Source of the DNA: Gemmatimonadota bacterium
Lineage (GTDB): Bacteria > Latescibacterota > UBA2968 > UBA8231
NCBI GenBank assembly: GCA_038153405.1
Contig: JAYOYH010000017.1
Coordinates: 28,352-91,175, forward strand
DNA length: 62,824 bases
Direction: 5' to 3'
In this document: in pieces, positions 16,788-26,882 of the stretch
Layout of the letters: every line of letters begins with the position of its first letter
Numbering within the stretch: the stretch's first letter is position 1
Made by a program: the position numbers and the translations under genes
The notes under the pieces: generated by a model
Databases searched by the model: none
Told to the model about the DNA's origin: nothing
What the model saw: the letters and a program-made list of their open reading frames with translations, nothing else

Positions 16788-17456
16788 CTACTCCAACGGG
16801 TCGACGAAGATATTGTGTGCGACCTCTAATCCCAGCAGATGCTCTGCATCGGCTTCGACGAGCAGTTTGATCGGGCCGCTAAAGGGCGCCTTATCACAGA
16901 CCTGGATCGTAGTGCCCAACTGCAATCCCATATCGTCCATATAGCGCAGCATTTCCGGATCGCGGTCGCTGACGCGGCGTATGACGGCTCGCCGGCCCAT
17001 CTCTATGTCCGATAAGCGCGGATAGATCTGCTCTTCGATATGCCCCTCTTTGTTGGGAATCGGTTCACCGTGGGCCCCAACGGTGGGATAGCCCAGCGCC
17101 TTGTCTATGCGTTCCTCAAATTCTTCCGATATGGCGTGTTCCAGGCGCTCTGCTTCGGCGTCGACCGCATCCCACGGATAGCCCAGCGCCTCGGACAGAT
17201 AGAGCTCGATGAGCCGGTGGTGGCGAATGGTCTCGAGCGCAATTTTTTTGCCCGTCTGCGTCAGTTCAACCCCTCTGTAAGGCGCGTATTCCAGCAGGTT
17301 CATCTCCGCCAATTTCTTGATCATATTGGTCGCTGAGGCAGCGGTTACGGCCATGCGTTCGGCGATGAGTGAAGTCGTCACCTTTGTCGCCGACTCCCCC
17401 CCATTTTCCAGCTTGTAAATAATTTTGAGGTAGTCCTCAACGGACTGGCTGAGCAT
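16788..17456 (-). CDS. mntR: DtxR/MntR-family metal-dependent repressor with FeoA/SH3-like C-terminal domain
   Basis: SVEDYLKIIY, HHRLIELYL and EAERLEHAIS motifs; GAGGTG RBS before ATG 17456. Confidence 0.9.
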   Translation of the reverse strand: MLSQSVEDYLKIIYKLENGGESATKVTTSLIAERMAVTAASATNMIKKLAEMNLLEYAPYRGVELTQTGKKIALETIRHHRLIELYLSEALGYPWDAVDAEAERLEHAISEEFEERIDKALGYPTVGAHGEPIPNKEGHIEEQIYPRLSDIEMGRRAVIRRVSDRDPEMLRYMDDMGLQLGTTIQVCDKAPFSGPIKLLVEADAEHLLGLEVAHNIFVDPLE

Positions 17457-17530
17457 AAGCACCTCTGTGTTTCCGGTTGGATTGCACAATGGAATTACAA
17501 CGGGCGACAATGCCATAATTAGTAACGACC

Positions 17531-17563
17531 TTGACTTTAATTTAGTCAAGACTAAATTAAAGT
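17531..17563. promoter_or_regulatory. Palindromic DtxR/MntR-type operator overlapping the transporter promoter
   Basis: Perfect 14-bp inverted repeat ACTTTAATTTAGTC-AA-GACTAAATTAAAGT (17534-17563) overlapping TTGACT, 16 nt, TAAATT between divergent mntR and troA. Confidence 0.8.
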
Positions 17564-17574
17564 AAGATGCGAGA

Positions 17575-17598
17575 AAATATCACTACAAATATCACTAC
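17575..17598 (+). repeat. Tandem 12-bp direct repeat AAATATCACTAC in the troA leader
   Basis: Two exact adjacent copies immediately before the GGAGG RBS. Confidence 0.75.
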
Positions 17599-17608
17599 GG
17601 AGGTCGTT

Positions 17609-18529
17609 ATGATTTTTCGCTCTATCGCTTTGGTGGTGATGGCTGCCCTGCTGGGCTGTGCAAGTGAGACGGTCGAAGATGCAGCCAGCGCAGAGCGGGT
17701 GAATGTAGTGTGTACGACGGGTATGGTCGCCGATCTGGCACAGCGCATAGGGGGCGACCGCGTTCGGGTCATTGGCCTGATGGGCCCTGGGGTCGATCCG
17801 CACTACTTCAAGGCCTCGCAGGGCGATTTGGCCAACTTGCAGCGCGCCGACCTGATTCTATACAATGGCCTCTTTTTAGAGGGCAAGATGCAGGACATCT
17901 TTGACAAAATGGCGCGCGGGAAGAAGGTCGTCGCCGTGGCGGATGCCATCGAGAAAGAACGCCTGCGCCAGCCCGCCGAATTCGAGGGACACTACGATCC
18001 GCACATCTGGTTTGACGTGGCTCTGTGGAGTGAGACAATCGACGCCGTAGTGCGCGCGCTGAGCGAAGTCGATCCAGCGGGTGCGCAGATTTTCGACCAA
18101 AATGGCGCGGGCTATCGCCAAGAACTGCTCCAGTTACACGCTTGGGTTGGTCAACAGGTTGAACTGGTGCCCAACGAACAGCGCGTGCTGATTACGGCAC
18201 ACGATGCCTTCGGCTACTTTGGCCGCGCCTACGGCATAGAAGTTATGGGTCTACAGGGTATTTCTACCGTGGCTGAATACGGCGTCAACGATGTAACGAA
18301 GCTGGTCGATCTGATTTCGCGGCGCAAAATACGCGCCATATTTGTCGAGAGCAGCGTGTCTGAGCGCTCTATTGAAGCGGTGCGCCAGGGTTGTTTAGAG
18401 CGCGGTCACCAAGTTGCAATCGGCGGCACGCTCTATTCGGACGCGATGGGCGAGGCCGGCAGCGGTGCGGATACGTACGTCGGCATGGTGCGCCATAACG
18501 TAGAGACGATTGCAGGGGCTTTGCGATGA
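17609..18529 (+). CDS. troA: Mn/Zn/Fe ABC transporter substrate-binding lipoprotein (TroA/MntA)
   Basis: LLGC lipobox, [20 protein letters not shown] and LYSDAMG motifs. Confidence 0.92.
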   Translation: MIFRSIALVVMAALLGCASETVEDAASAERVNVVCTTGMVADLAQRIGGDRVRVIGLMGPGVDPHYFKASQGDLANLQRADLILYNGLFLEGKMQDIFDKMARGKKVVAVADAIEKERLRQPAEFEGHYDPHIWFDVALWSETIDAVVRALSEVDPAGAQIFDQNGAGYRQELLQLHAWVGQQVELVPNEQRVLITAHDAFGYFGRAYGIEVMGLQGISTVAEYGVNDVTKLVDLISRRKIRAIFVESSVSERSIEAVRQGCLERGHQVAIGGTLYSDAMGEAGSGADTYVGMVRHNVETIAGALR

Positions 18530-19317
18530 GTGAAATCACGCATTCGCCTGGCGCTGTTGCGCCGATTCAGATCCACGATATGACGATCGCCTACCACAAG
18601 AAGCCGGTGCTGTGGGACGTCGATATAGACGTGCCCGAAGGCGTGCTGGTTGGCATCATTGGTCCCAATGGGGCTGGTAAGAGCACGATGATTAAGGCGG
18701 TGATGGACTTAGTGCCCAAGGCGTCGGGTTGGGTCAAAATATACGATCGGCCTTACGATCAGATGCGCAGTGCCATCGGCTACGTGCCGCAGCGCGAGTC
18801 GGTCGACTGGGACTTTCCCGTCAATGCACTCGACGTAGTGCTGATGGGGCGCTACGGCCACGTTGGCTGGGTGCGGCGGCCGAGAGCTGAAGATCGGCGC
18901 ATCGCTGCCGAAGCGCTTGAAAAAGTCGGCATGGGCGAATTCGCCCAGCGGCAAATCAGCCAGCTTTCGGGTGGCCAGCAGCAGCGCGTGTTTCTGGCGC
19001 GGGCGCTGGCACAGGATGCGCGCATTTATATGATGGACGAACCTTTTGCCGGCGTTGATGCGGCCACGGAAAGGGCGATTATCGATATTCTCGTCGAGCT
19101 GCGCCGCCAGGGCAAGACCATTTTGGTCGTGCACCACGACTTGCAGACGGTGACCGAATACTTCGACTGGGTCATCATGTTGAATATGCGCGTGGTTGCT
19201 GCCGGGCCGACGAGCGAGGTCTTTACCAATGAGAATCTGCAGAAGACCTACGGCGGTCGCCTGACGGTTCTGAGCCAGGCTGCCCAGGCCATGGCCGACC
19301 AGCGACGAGGTCACTGA
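18526..19317 (+). CDS. troB: Metal ABC transporter ATP-binding protein (TroB/MntB)
   Basis: [25 protein letters not shown] and VHHD motifs. Confidence 0.93.
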   Translation: MSEITHSPGAVAPIQIHDMTIAYHKKPVLWDVDIDVPEGVLVGIIGPNGAGKSTMIKAVMDLVPKASGWVKIYDRPYDQMRSAIGYVPQRESVDWDFPVNALDVVLMGRYGHVGWVRRPRAEDRRIAAEALEKVGMGEFAQRQISQLSGGQQQRVFLARALAQDARIYMMDEPFAGVDAATERAIIDILVELRRQGKTILVVHHDLQTVTEYFDWVIMLNMRVVAAGPTSEVFTNENLQKTYGGRLTVLSQAAQAMADQRRGH

Positions 19318-20642
19318 TGTTGGACAACGCGCTGCGTTTTTTAAGCCTGGCCGATGCCAATGTGCGCTTTGTGCTCTTTGGCTCGCTTCTCATTGGAGCA
19401 ACGGGGGGTATGCTGGGATGCTTTGCCGTGCTGCGCCGGCGCAGTTTGATCGGCGATGCGCTAGCCCACGCCGCGCTGCCGGGCGTGGCGCTGGCCTATC
19501 TGGTTACGGGCAGTAAGGCGCTATCGGTTTTGCTAGTAGGGGCGACGTGCGCCGGCGTTCTCGGCGTGCTGTTTATTCAGTTTGTAACGCAGTTTACGCG
19601 TATTAAAGCCGATTCGGCCATCGGCATCGTGCTGTCGGTTTTCTTTGGCGTAGGCATAGTCTTGCTGACGCATGTCCAGCGCGTTGGCGGCGGCAATCAG
19701 AGCGGCTTGGACAAGTTTCTGTTTGGTCAGGCCGCTTCTATGGTCGGCGACGATCTCGTCGTAATGGCCGTACTGGCGTCCATTATCATCATCGCCGTCT
19801 TGCTTTTTTACAAGGAATTCAAAGCGCTAATTTTTGACCCAGGCTTTCTCGATACAATGGGTTTTTCGACGCGTCGGATCGATGCATTACTGATGGCGCT
19901 GATCGTTCTGACGGTAATGGTCGGTTTGCAGGCCGTCGGTGTCGTGCTCATTGCTGCCATGCTTATAACGCCCGCGGTGGCCGCGCGCTTTTGGAGCGAG
20001 CGCCTAGGGACAATGGTCGTCGTGTCGACGGCATTTGGCGCCGTAGCCGGCGTCGTTGGCACCTTTATAAGCTCGCTGGCACCGCGCATTCCCACGGGGC
20101 CGGTCATGGTGCTCGTGGCGACGCTATTCTTTGTGATTTCGGCCGTTTTTGCCCCGCGCCGCGGCGTGTTGGCTCGCTGGCGCCGCCACCGCCACAACGC
20201 CCGACGGGAAGCGCGCCATCACTTTTTGCGCGCCTTTGTCGAACTCGTAGAGAAAGAGGGTAGCGCTTCGGCTTTCTCTACTTCGTTGCTGGCTTCCGAG
20301 CTGGGATGGAAGGCCCCGCGCGTCGATCGCTTGGGCAAGCGACTCGTCGATCAGGGATACGCGCAGCGGCGCGACGGGGGATGGGAATTGACGCCGAACG
20401 GGTTTGAAGAAGGAGTCTTTATCGTCAAATCGCACCGTCTGTGGGAACACTACCTGTATCATCGCTCCATATTAGACGCCGACCACGTCGACCGCCCGGC
20501 CGATGAAGTTGAACACCTGCTGACGCCGGAGATTATTACCCGCCTTGAACACATTGTCGCCGTGGAGCGCGGAATCGACCCGGACCAAGTAGTCAATATA
20601 CATGGATCACTCAGTCACTATCGAAGCGGGGGGCGCGAATAA
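19317..20642 (+). CDS. troC: Metal ABC permease (TroC) fused to a C-terminal DtxR-like domain
   Basis: ABC-3 motif GDALAHAALPG; C-terminal HTH-like segment plus KSHRLWEHYL...ADEVEH. Confidence 0.88.
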   Translation: MLDNALRFLSLADANVRFVLFGSLLIGATGGMLGCFAVLRRRSLIGDALAHAALPGVALAYLVTGSKALSVLLVGATCAGVLGVLFIQFVTQFTRIKADSAIGIVLSVFFGVGIVLLTHVQRVGGGNQSGLDKFLFGQAASMVGDDLVVMAVLASIIIIAVLLFYKEFKALIFDPGFLDTMGFSTRRIDALLMALIVLTVMVGLQAVGVVLIAAMLITPAVAARFWSERLGTMVVVSTAFGAVAGVVGTFISSLAPRIPTGPVMVLVATLFFVISAVFAPRRGVLARWRRHRHNARREARHHFLRAFVELVEKEGSASAFSTSLLASELGWKAPRVDRLGKRLVDQGYAQRRDGGWELTPNGFEEGVFIVKSHRLWEHYLYHRSILDADHVDRPADEVEHLLTPEIITRLEHIVAVERGIDPDQVVNIHGSLSHYRSGGRE

Positions 20643-21922
20643 TGGCCATTGATGGTGCATTCTGGATTATCCTGACGGGCGCACTGGCCGCCGCCTCGTG
20701 TGCCTTGTTGGGCGCATTTCTGGTGCTGCGCAAAATGTCGCTGCTCGGCGATGCGCTCAGCCACGCCGTGCTGCCGGGTATCGCCATCGCCTTTCTGTGG
20801 TCGGGTAGCCGCGCCATCATTCCCATGTTTATAGGCGCCGCGCTCTGCGGTCTCTTGACGACGCTCTTAGTCGAGGCATTTCACCGCAAGTGGAACGTGC
20901 AGGAAGATGCTTCGATCGGCATTGTCTTTACCGCGCTCTTTGCTCTGGGAGTAGTCATCGTTACGGCCTTTGCCGGCCAGGTCGATCTAGATCAGGAATG
21001 CGTGCTCTACGGCGAGATTGCCTATACGCCTTGGGACGTGTTGATATGGAACGGCGTCGATATGGGACCGCGTCCCGTGTGGATATTGGGGCCGGTCTTA
21101 TTGCTCAACCTGCTCTTTGTGCAATTGCTTTACAAAGAGTTGAAAATGGCCTCCTTTGATCCGGCGATGGCCGTGGCCGTGGGCATTAACGCCACCTTAG
21201 TCCACTATATGCTCATGGGCATGGTGTCCCTAACAACCGTAGCCGCCTTTGAGTCGGTTGGCGCCATATTGGTTGTGGCGATGCTCATTGTTCCGGGCGC
21301 TGCAGCCTATTTGTGGAGCGATCGACTGCACGTCATTCTCTTAATGGCTGTCGCGTTTGGGATTGCGTCTGCCGTGGGCGGCTATTGGCTTGCCGGTATA
21401 TGGGACAGTTCCATCGCGGGCGCTATGGTCGTCGTCGTTGGCGCCATTTTTGTCGTATCGCTGCTGGTTTCGCCCAATCAGGGCGTGGTCGCCCGCCTGT
21501 GGCAGCGCGCCATGCTGTCGCTCCAGGTAGCCGAAGATCACATGCTGCTGGCGTTGGTGCGTCGGGCTGAAGTGGAAGAACCTTATCGATTTAGCGCATC
21601 GGAGCTGCTGCACGCGGCGTCTGTGTCGCCTGCCGTGGCGCGGTTGGCACTGCGACGCTTGGGACGGAGTGACCTCGTCATCCGCACGGGAGACCGCTGG
21701 ACGCTGGCCCCAGGCGGTCGCCAAGAAGCGCTGCGCCTGTTGCGCAACCACCGACTGTGGGAGAGCTATTTGAGCGATTTGGGTCTGCCGGATGATCGCG
21801 TGCACGGACCGGCCGATGCGGTAGAACACTTTATTGGCCAGCAGCTGGCCGCCGAATTGGTTGCTGAAGTCGGCAGGCAGATCGACCCACAGGGCAAGCG
21901 CATACCCCCATCGGAGGAGTAG
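20642..21922 (+). CDS. troD: Metal ABC permease (TroD) fused to a C-terminal DtxR-like domain
   Basis: GDALSHAVLPG, AAFESVGAILVV; C-terminal RNHRLWESYL...ADAVEH...DPQGKRIP. Confidence 0.88.
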   Translation: MAIDGAFWIILTGALAAASCALLGAFLVLRKMSLLGDALSHAVLPGIAIAFLWSGSRAIIPMFIGAALCGLLTTLLVEAFHRKWNVQEDASIGIVFTALFALGVVIVTAFAGQVDLDQECVLYGEIAYTPWDVLIWNGVDMGPRPVWILGPVLLLNLLFVQLLYKELKMASFDPAMAVAVGINATLVHYMLMGMVSLTTVAAFESVGAILVVAMLIVPGAAAYLWSDRLHVILLMAVAFGIASAVGGYWLAGIWDSSIAGAMVVVVGAIFVVSLLVSPNQGVVARLWQRAMLSLQVAEDHMLLALVRRAEVEEPYRFSASELLHAASVSPAVARLALRRLGRSDLVIRTGDRWTLAPGGRQEALRLLRNHRLWESYLSDLGLPDDRVHGPADAVEHFIGQQLAAELVAEVGRQIDPQGKRIPPSEE

Positions 21923-21965
21923 TGTCAGGCTGCTAGCGGGCGGATGGTCAGCGCTGCGGTTGGGG

Positions 21966-22295
21966 TTAGCCGCCGGCGCGCTTTGCCCTGTGACCGCGTT
22001 CTACTAGGGCGTCGACGATTCGGTCGGCGCAGTCCCCCTGAATTTCGATAATCCCGTTTTTGACCGATCCGCCCGTTCCGCACAGGCGCTTGAGATCGGA
22101 TGCCAGTTCCTTGAGCTCTCCGGCGCTGAGCGCCAGATCGGAAATCGTGGTTACGGTCTTGCCCCCACGTCCCTTTTTCTCGCGCCGCACGCGGGCGGTG
22201 CCGTCCCCGTTGGAAGGCGAAGCATCGGCTTTTTTGTCGCGTTGCGCAACGCGCCCACGCTCGCTGGAATAGACTAGGCGGCTGTTGTTGACCAT
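21966..22295 (-). CDS. yciH: SUI1-family translation initiation factor/stress regulator
   Basis: KKGRGGKTVT, LKRLCGTGGSVK, IEIQGD and KRAGG motifs. Confidence 0.93.
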   Translation of the reverse strand: MVNNSRLVYSSERGRVAQRDKKADASPSNGDGTARVRREKKGRGGKTVTTISDLALSAGELKELASDLKRLCGTGGSVKNGIIEIQGDCADRIVDALVERGHRAKRAGG

Positions 22296-22327
22296 GTCGC
22301 GTTTCTCTCTGATTCGGTTGGTATGCG

Positions 22328-23344
22328 CTACGCTTGCACGCTCCGCTTCTGCACCTTCAGGCGCACGCCTGCCACTCGGTTGCGCCCCGCTTTCTTCGCT
22401 TGATAGAGCATCTTGTCGGCCTGCTTGAACAGATCATCTGAGCTGAGCATCCTGAGGTTCTGACCGTCGGTATCGCCGTCAAACTCAATGCTTGCAACAC
22501 CGAGGCTGATCGTTACCGCCGTCCCATCGGGGACGCGCAGGCTGTCGGCCGTCTTGGCGCGCATGCGCTCTGCCCACATGGTGGCAGACTGCAGGTTCGT
22601 ATTGGTCAGGACGACGACAAACTCCTCGCCACCGTAGCGCGCCACCATATCGCTGCGGCGGCACGATTCGCTTAGCAACTGGGCTAGTTCCCTCAAGACG
22701 ACATCGCCCACGTTGTGGCCAAACGTATCGTTGACGTGCTTGAAGTGGTCTATGTCCATTACGACCATCGACAGCGTGCGCTCTTGGCGATAGGCGTGGC
22801 TGATTTCTCGCTCGGTAAATTCACTTAGCATATGTCGGCTGTAGAGGCCGGTGAGTGTGTCGTGGAATGCGATATACTCTAGTTCGCGCTGCACGGGTTG
22901 GGCGATGCTGACGATGCGCTGGATAAGGGTCCACTGCAGATGGCTAAGAGCTGCCGCATCGCCGACGGACAACGGCGTGGAAAACGTCTCGGAGAAGTCG
23001 ATCAGCATGCGCCAGATCAGCTCGGCAATATGACCATCGATAAGCGTTATGCCGCTGAGCTCGCGGCTCAGGATATGGCGCTGCATCATCGAGCGGTCGG
23101 CGACGTTAATCAGCCAGTCCATGGAATGGGCGCCAATAAACTTACCGGTGTCCGCATAGGTGGCAATGCCGCGCGCCTTGGCCAATTCTATGGCCGGCGC
23201 CTGTGGGTCGATATCGCAGATGCCCATGACCTCAACTTGGGGCAGGCTAAGCAGCGCCTGTAGCAAGGCTGCACCGCCTTTTCCACCGCCTATAATGCCT
23301 ACTTTTTTGGGAGTGCTATCGTCGCTTTGCACGCTATTGATCAT
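22328..23344 (-). CDS. Diguanylate cyclase with an N-terminal Rossmann-like domain
   Basis: DIDHFKHVNDTFGH, RxxD I-site (RRSD), RYGGEEF; N-terminal VGIIGGGKGG. Confidence 0.9.
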   Translation of the reverse strand: MINSVQSDDSTPKKVGIIGGGKGGAALLQALLSLPQVEVMGICDIDPQAPAIELAKARGIATYADTGKFIGAHSMDWLINVADRSMMQRHILSRELSGITLIDGHIAELIWRMLIDFSETFSTPLSVGDAAALSHLQWTLIQRIVSIAQPVQRELEYIAFHDTLTGLYSRHMLSEFTEREISHAYRQERTLSMVVMDIDHFKHVNDTFGHNVGDVVLRELAQLLSESCRRSDMVARYGGEEFVVVLTNTNLQSATMWAERMRAKTADSLRVPDGTAVTISLGVASIEFDGDTDGQNLRMLSSDDLFKQADKMLYQAKKAGRNRVAGVRLKVQKRSVQA

Positions 23345-23631
23345 GGTGGCGCCGTCTAGTGCATGCTGGTGAGGTATCGCTCACAAACATATCGAAAATA
23401 GCGCCCTCGGACAACGGAGCAATGGCGCCGGTGCGAGTGGGATTATCACAGCACAGCAACGCGTTTTTTCTCGAAGTAGGATCGATCCCATTCGGCCCAC
23501 CAGTCGGGGACTTGTAGAAGTGCAATAACGCCCTCTGTGAGTAGAGGCGGGTTGAGCAGGCCAATCTCACGGCCCACTCGTCGCGACTGCCGGCCGGAAA
23601 GTATGCACGGAAATTGCAACGGCGTCGATCT

Positions 23632-24522
23632 TCATGTCGACGCTCGGGCGTGCTCCACTCGGCCTAGTAGGGGGCAGTAGGTTGGATCGGCGTAGTTTGG
23701 CTTGCCGTCAGTGCCACGCGTCAACTGGTCGTTAGGGTGAGCCACGAGCTGCGCACCATCGTACACCGCTGTATAGCTATTGGCTGCTGGCTGCATGTGA
23801 AAAGCTATAGAACGCCGCGGTTGTTGGGTGTAGTTGGGGCCGCTTCCGTGAATAGTGCGACAGTGGTGAAATGTCACCTGGCCGCGCTGCAAGATCGCCG
23901 GAACTTTAACCACGGGTGCGCCGCCGCTGTTGAATTGTTTTTCGAGTCCGTCGAGGTCAGACGAAAAGAAGTTCAAGTGGTTGTTTTCCGGCCAGTGCAG
24001 GCTGCCCTCCACAAAGGTGATGGTGCCGATGCGTTCATCCATATCGGTAAAAGGCACCCAGGCGGTGAGCATATTATCGGCGCTGCAGGTGCGCCAGTAG
24101 CCGTAGTCGGTATGCCAGCCGACGCTTTGCGGAGCGTCTTCTTTGGAGGGCGGCTTGTAGAGCAGTTGGTCGTGCCAAAGGCGCACGTCATCGCCGCACA
24201 GCAGCGCGGCGATGAGGCCGAGCACGGGTTTGTGCAGCAGGGCGTTTAATTCGGGCACGACTAGGGTCGAATAGTCATTTTTGCGCAGGCGCTCTGGTCC
24301 GTCGCCCGGGTGCCAAGCCAGCGCATAGGTCCGTCCGTTGGGCAGGGCGATTTCGCGTCCCTGCAAATCGGCGTAATAGCGTTCGCTGGCAGCAATGGCC
24401 GCGTCTAATTCACGCTCAGTGTAGAGTGGTTTGGAGATGTAATATCCGCACTGGCGATAGTGCTCAATTTCTTCTAGTGTGGGTAGCAAGCTTGCTAAAT
24501 TGTGCGATGTGTTGGCACTCAT
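23632..24522 (-). CDS. Phytanoyl-CoA dioxygenase (PhyH) family Fe(II)/2OG enzyme
   Basis: WHTD iron motif, LTAWVP, GSLHW and IHGSGPN..RRS. Confidence 0.88.
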   Translation of the reverse strand: MSANTSHNLASLLPTLEEIEHYRQCGYYISKPLYTERELDAAIAASERYYADLQGREIALPNGRTYALAWHPGDGPERLRKNDYSTLVVPELNALLHKPVLGLIAALLCGDDVRLWHDQLLYKPPSKEDAPQSVGWHTDYGYWRTCSADNMLTAWVPFTDMDERIGTITFVEGSLHWPENNHLNFFSSDLDGLEKQFNSGGAPVVKVPAILQRGQVTFHHCRTIHGSGPNYTQQPRRSIAFHMQPAANSYTAVYDGAQLVAHPNDQLTRGTDGKPNYADPTYCPLLGRVEHARAST

Positions 24523-26783
24523 TCCGCGTATCTCTCCATTAGCTGTGGGCCCAATTCCATTTCGTCAAATGCACCGTAGTCGCGCCAGCCAAAGTCAAAG
24601 CGAACCTTGGGTATTTCAAACTCGAAGAACCAGCGTATGCTCATGGGTAAGCGCTCTTCGCCCCAGTAACAGTAGAATAGAGCGCAGCGCCCAGGTGCCG
24701 TATCGACTATGCCAATGGGCTTCAGGTCGGCAAAGCGCTCAGGGTTTTCCTCGCGCCGGAGGTAGCGTTCAAGCGGTTGTAGATGAGCCTCTGCGGCACT
24801 GCCCGCCCCTGGGCGCACGCGCAGTGCTCCGTCGTCGTTCCAGGCGGCTAGGTCTGTAGCTGGCGGTGCGCCATCGGGATGCTCGAGGTAAATAGGTGTC
24901 GTCCAGGCGTACTCGCCGTCGACCTGTTGCAGGCGAAAGTAGAGCCAGGTGCCGGGCAATTCGGCCGGTTGCAGCGATAGGTCGACGGAGAAGTCGAGAG
25001 CCCCGGGGCGCCAACTGCGCAGGCGATAGCTACCGCAGATCAGATCGATGCGCTCGATGGCTTCACACGCGTGGGCCGAAAAGGTGACGCGCAGCGCTTC
25101 GCGCACTGGAACCTGCGCACCCATGGGCTGGTTATTGGCGCTTGCATCGAGATAGATGCGCGCGCCCGACGTAGCGTAGGTGCGTCGCGTTTCCAGCGCG
25201 TGCCACAGGTAGTCGCGCGATAGCTCTGACGAACAGATGGCCGTCAGGGGCCCCGTTCCGTAGGCCGAGTCGCGCTGGCGCATGGGATATTTCTGAGCAA
25301 AGCGCCCGCGGAAAGTCTCTACGGCGCGCGGACCCCCCATTAGGCCGAGGTGCAAATCGGATGCGCCGCACAGCGCAGGGCGATAGCCCAGGTGCAGCGC
25401 CTTTTGCAGCAGCCATTCGGCGTTGCCAAACCCCGAGCTAATTTCCAGCAGGCGCTCGCGCCGCGGGCGATGCAGATCCCAGCGGGGCGGATCGCCGCCG
25501 ATGTGCACCTGCAACACGACGTCGTCGCGTCGATCGTAGAGGTCTTCCAATTGTGGCAGAGGAAGGCGCATAGAAGGCGGGGTGGGCTCTTCGTAGTGTT
25601 TGAAGATGACCTGCCGATCGCCCTCTTGAGGATGCGCCTCATAGGCTAGGAAGGGCACGTAGCGACCGGGCTCATCCATCTCCTCACAGGCATCGCGATA
25701 GGTCCGCCATACGACGTCGCGCTTTTCCGGATCCATCGACATGGAGGACGGACAAGAAAAATCGAGACGGCCGATGTCGCGCGCTTGGCGGTGGCGGCTC
25801 AGCGGCGTGAGCTTGGGCGACGGCAGGTGCATCAGATGCATAGTTGAGTCGCCCCAGCCGTGCGCGTGCACGTCGCCCCAGTAGATCCGCGTGCGCGGGT
25901 TTTCCTGGACGACGATGGGGTTGCTGCGGAAGGTGCCCGCTTCGCTCGAACCCAATATGCGATAGATGCCCGGCGCGTCGATCTGCACCTTGTCAAAGAT
26001 CTTCAAACCGCCGTCAGATCGTGAAAATGCGTAGCTGTCGGGCAGGCCCCAGATGTGTTCCGGCGGGATGAAATGCATCTGTCCCTCGTAGTCTTCGACG
26101 AGGTTGCGATTGCGATCAAAGGCGCCTATATGCAGGCGGAACGATTCACCTGGAGCCACTACCGTAGGCGCTAATAGACGGACGTGGCGCAGCACTGGGT
26201 GATGGACGATGTGCAGCGAATGCGGATTGCTGGCGATGCCGGTGAAGAGCTCCTCGTTGGCTGGGGCAACGGCTAGGAGAAACTGGGCTTCCGTCGCCGA
26301 CCAAAATATCTCGCTGCCGACGCTGCCGCGGCTGCGATCGCCTATGCGCACAACGATATCTTCGCCTTTGCGCAGGGTGCCCGACTTAACGCAAATCGTC
26401 AATAAATTGACCGAGCTGCGTCCGACGCAGAGCTCGAGTTCGGCGCTGCTTGCAGTGCTCAGAGTGCAATAGTCGCGCCCGCGCGGTGCCTGCGTTTGCA
26501 GGGCAAAGGCGATTTGCGCATCAAAGCGCACGAGGGCAATGGCAGCACCGGCCGTCAGGTCGCATTCTCTATTGGCAATGTGCAGCACCCAAGTCCCGCG
26601 GGTGCCGCTGACTAACGGCTGGCTCAGCGCATCGATGCGTTCGCCGGTAAGTGTCTCGAAATGGACGCCCATATGAAAGGCGAGGCGGCCGTGGGTGTAG
26701 CTATGCGGAAAAGCGGTGCGGCGTTGCACGTTGAATGCTCCTGCGGAAAATGGGCGTTCGTCGTCGGAAAATGGGTGCATCAA
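24519..26783 (-). CDS. DUF3604/PHP-like metallohydrolase
   Basis: IYWGDVHAH, FLAYE, GASDLH and RRTYATSG motifs; Ig-like flanks; 4-nt overlap with the PhyH gene. Confidence 0.7.
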   Translation of the reverse strand: MMHPFSDDERPFSAGAFNVQRRTAFPHSYTHGRLAFHMGVHFETLTGERIDALSQPLVSGTRGTWVLHIANRECDLTAGAAIALVRFDAQIAFALQTQAPRGRDYCTLSTASSAELELCVGRSSVNLLTICVKSGTLRKGEDIVVRIGDRSRGSVGSEIFWSATEAQFLLAVAPANEELFTGIASNPHSLHIVHHPVLRHVRLLAPTVVAPGESFRLHIGAFDRNRNLVEDYEGQMHFIPPEHIWGLPDSYAFSRSDGGLKIFDKVQIDAPGIYRILGSSEAGTFRSNPIVVQENPRTRIYWGDVHAHGWGDSTMHLMHLPSPKLTPLSRHRQARDIGRLDFSCPSSMSMDPEKRDVVWRTYRDACEEMDEPGRYVPFLAYEAHPQEGDRQVIFKHYEEPTPPSMRLPLPQLEDLYDRRDDVVLQVHIGGDPPRWDLHRPRRERLLEISSGFGNAEWLLQKALHLGYRPALCGASDLHLGLMGGPRAVETFRGRFAQKYPMRQRDSAYGTGPLTAICSSELSRDYLWHALETRRTYATSGARIYLDASANNQPMGAQVPVREALRVTFSAHACEAIERIDLICGSYRLRSWRPGALDFSVDLSLQPAELPGTWLYFRLQQVDGEYAWTTPIYLEHPDGAPPATDLAAWNDDGALRVRPGAGSAAEAHLQPLERYLRREENPERFADLKPIGIVDTAPGRCALFYCYWGEERLPMSIRWFFEFEIPKVRFDFGWRDYGAFDEMELGPQLMERYAE

Positions 26784-26882
26784 GTGCTATGAGAAACGTT
26801 TATGGGAGCACCGCCTAATTGAATATACAGATCGGCTTATAGTCAACTACTGGGCTGCACGGAGCGCTTCAAAAAGAATGTT

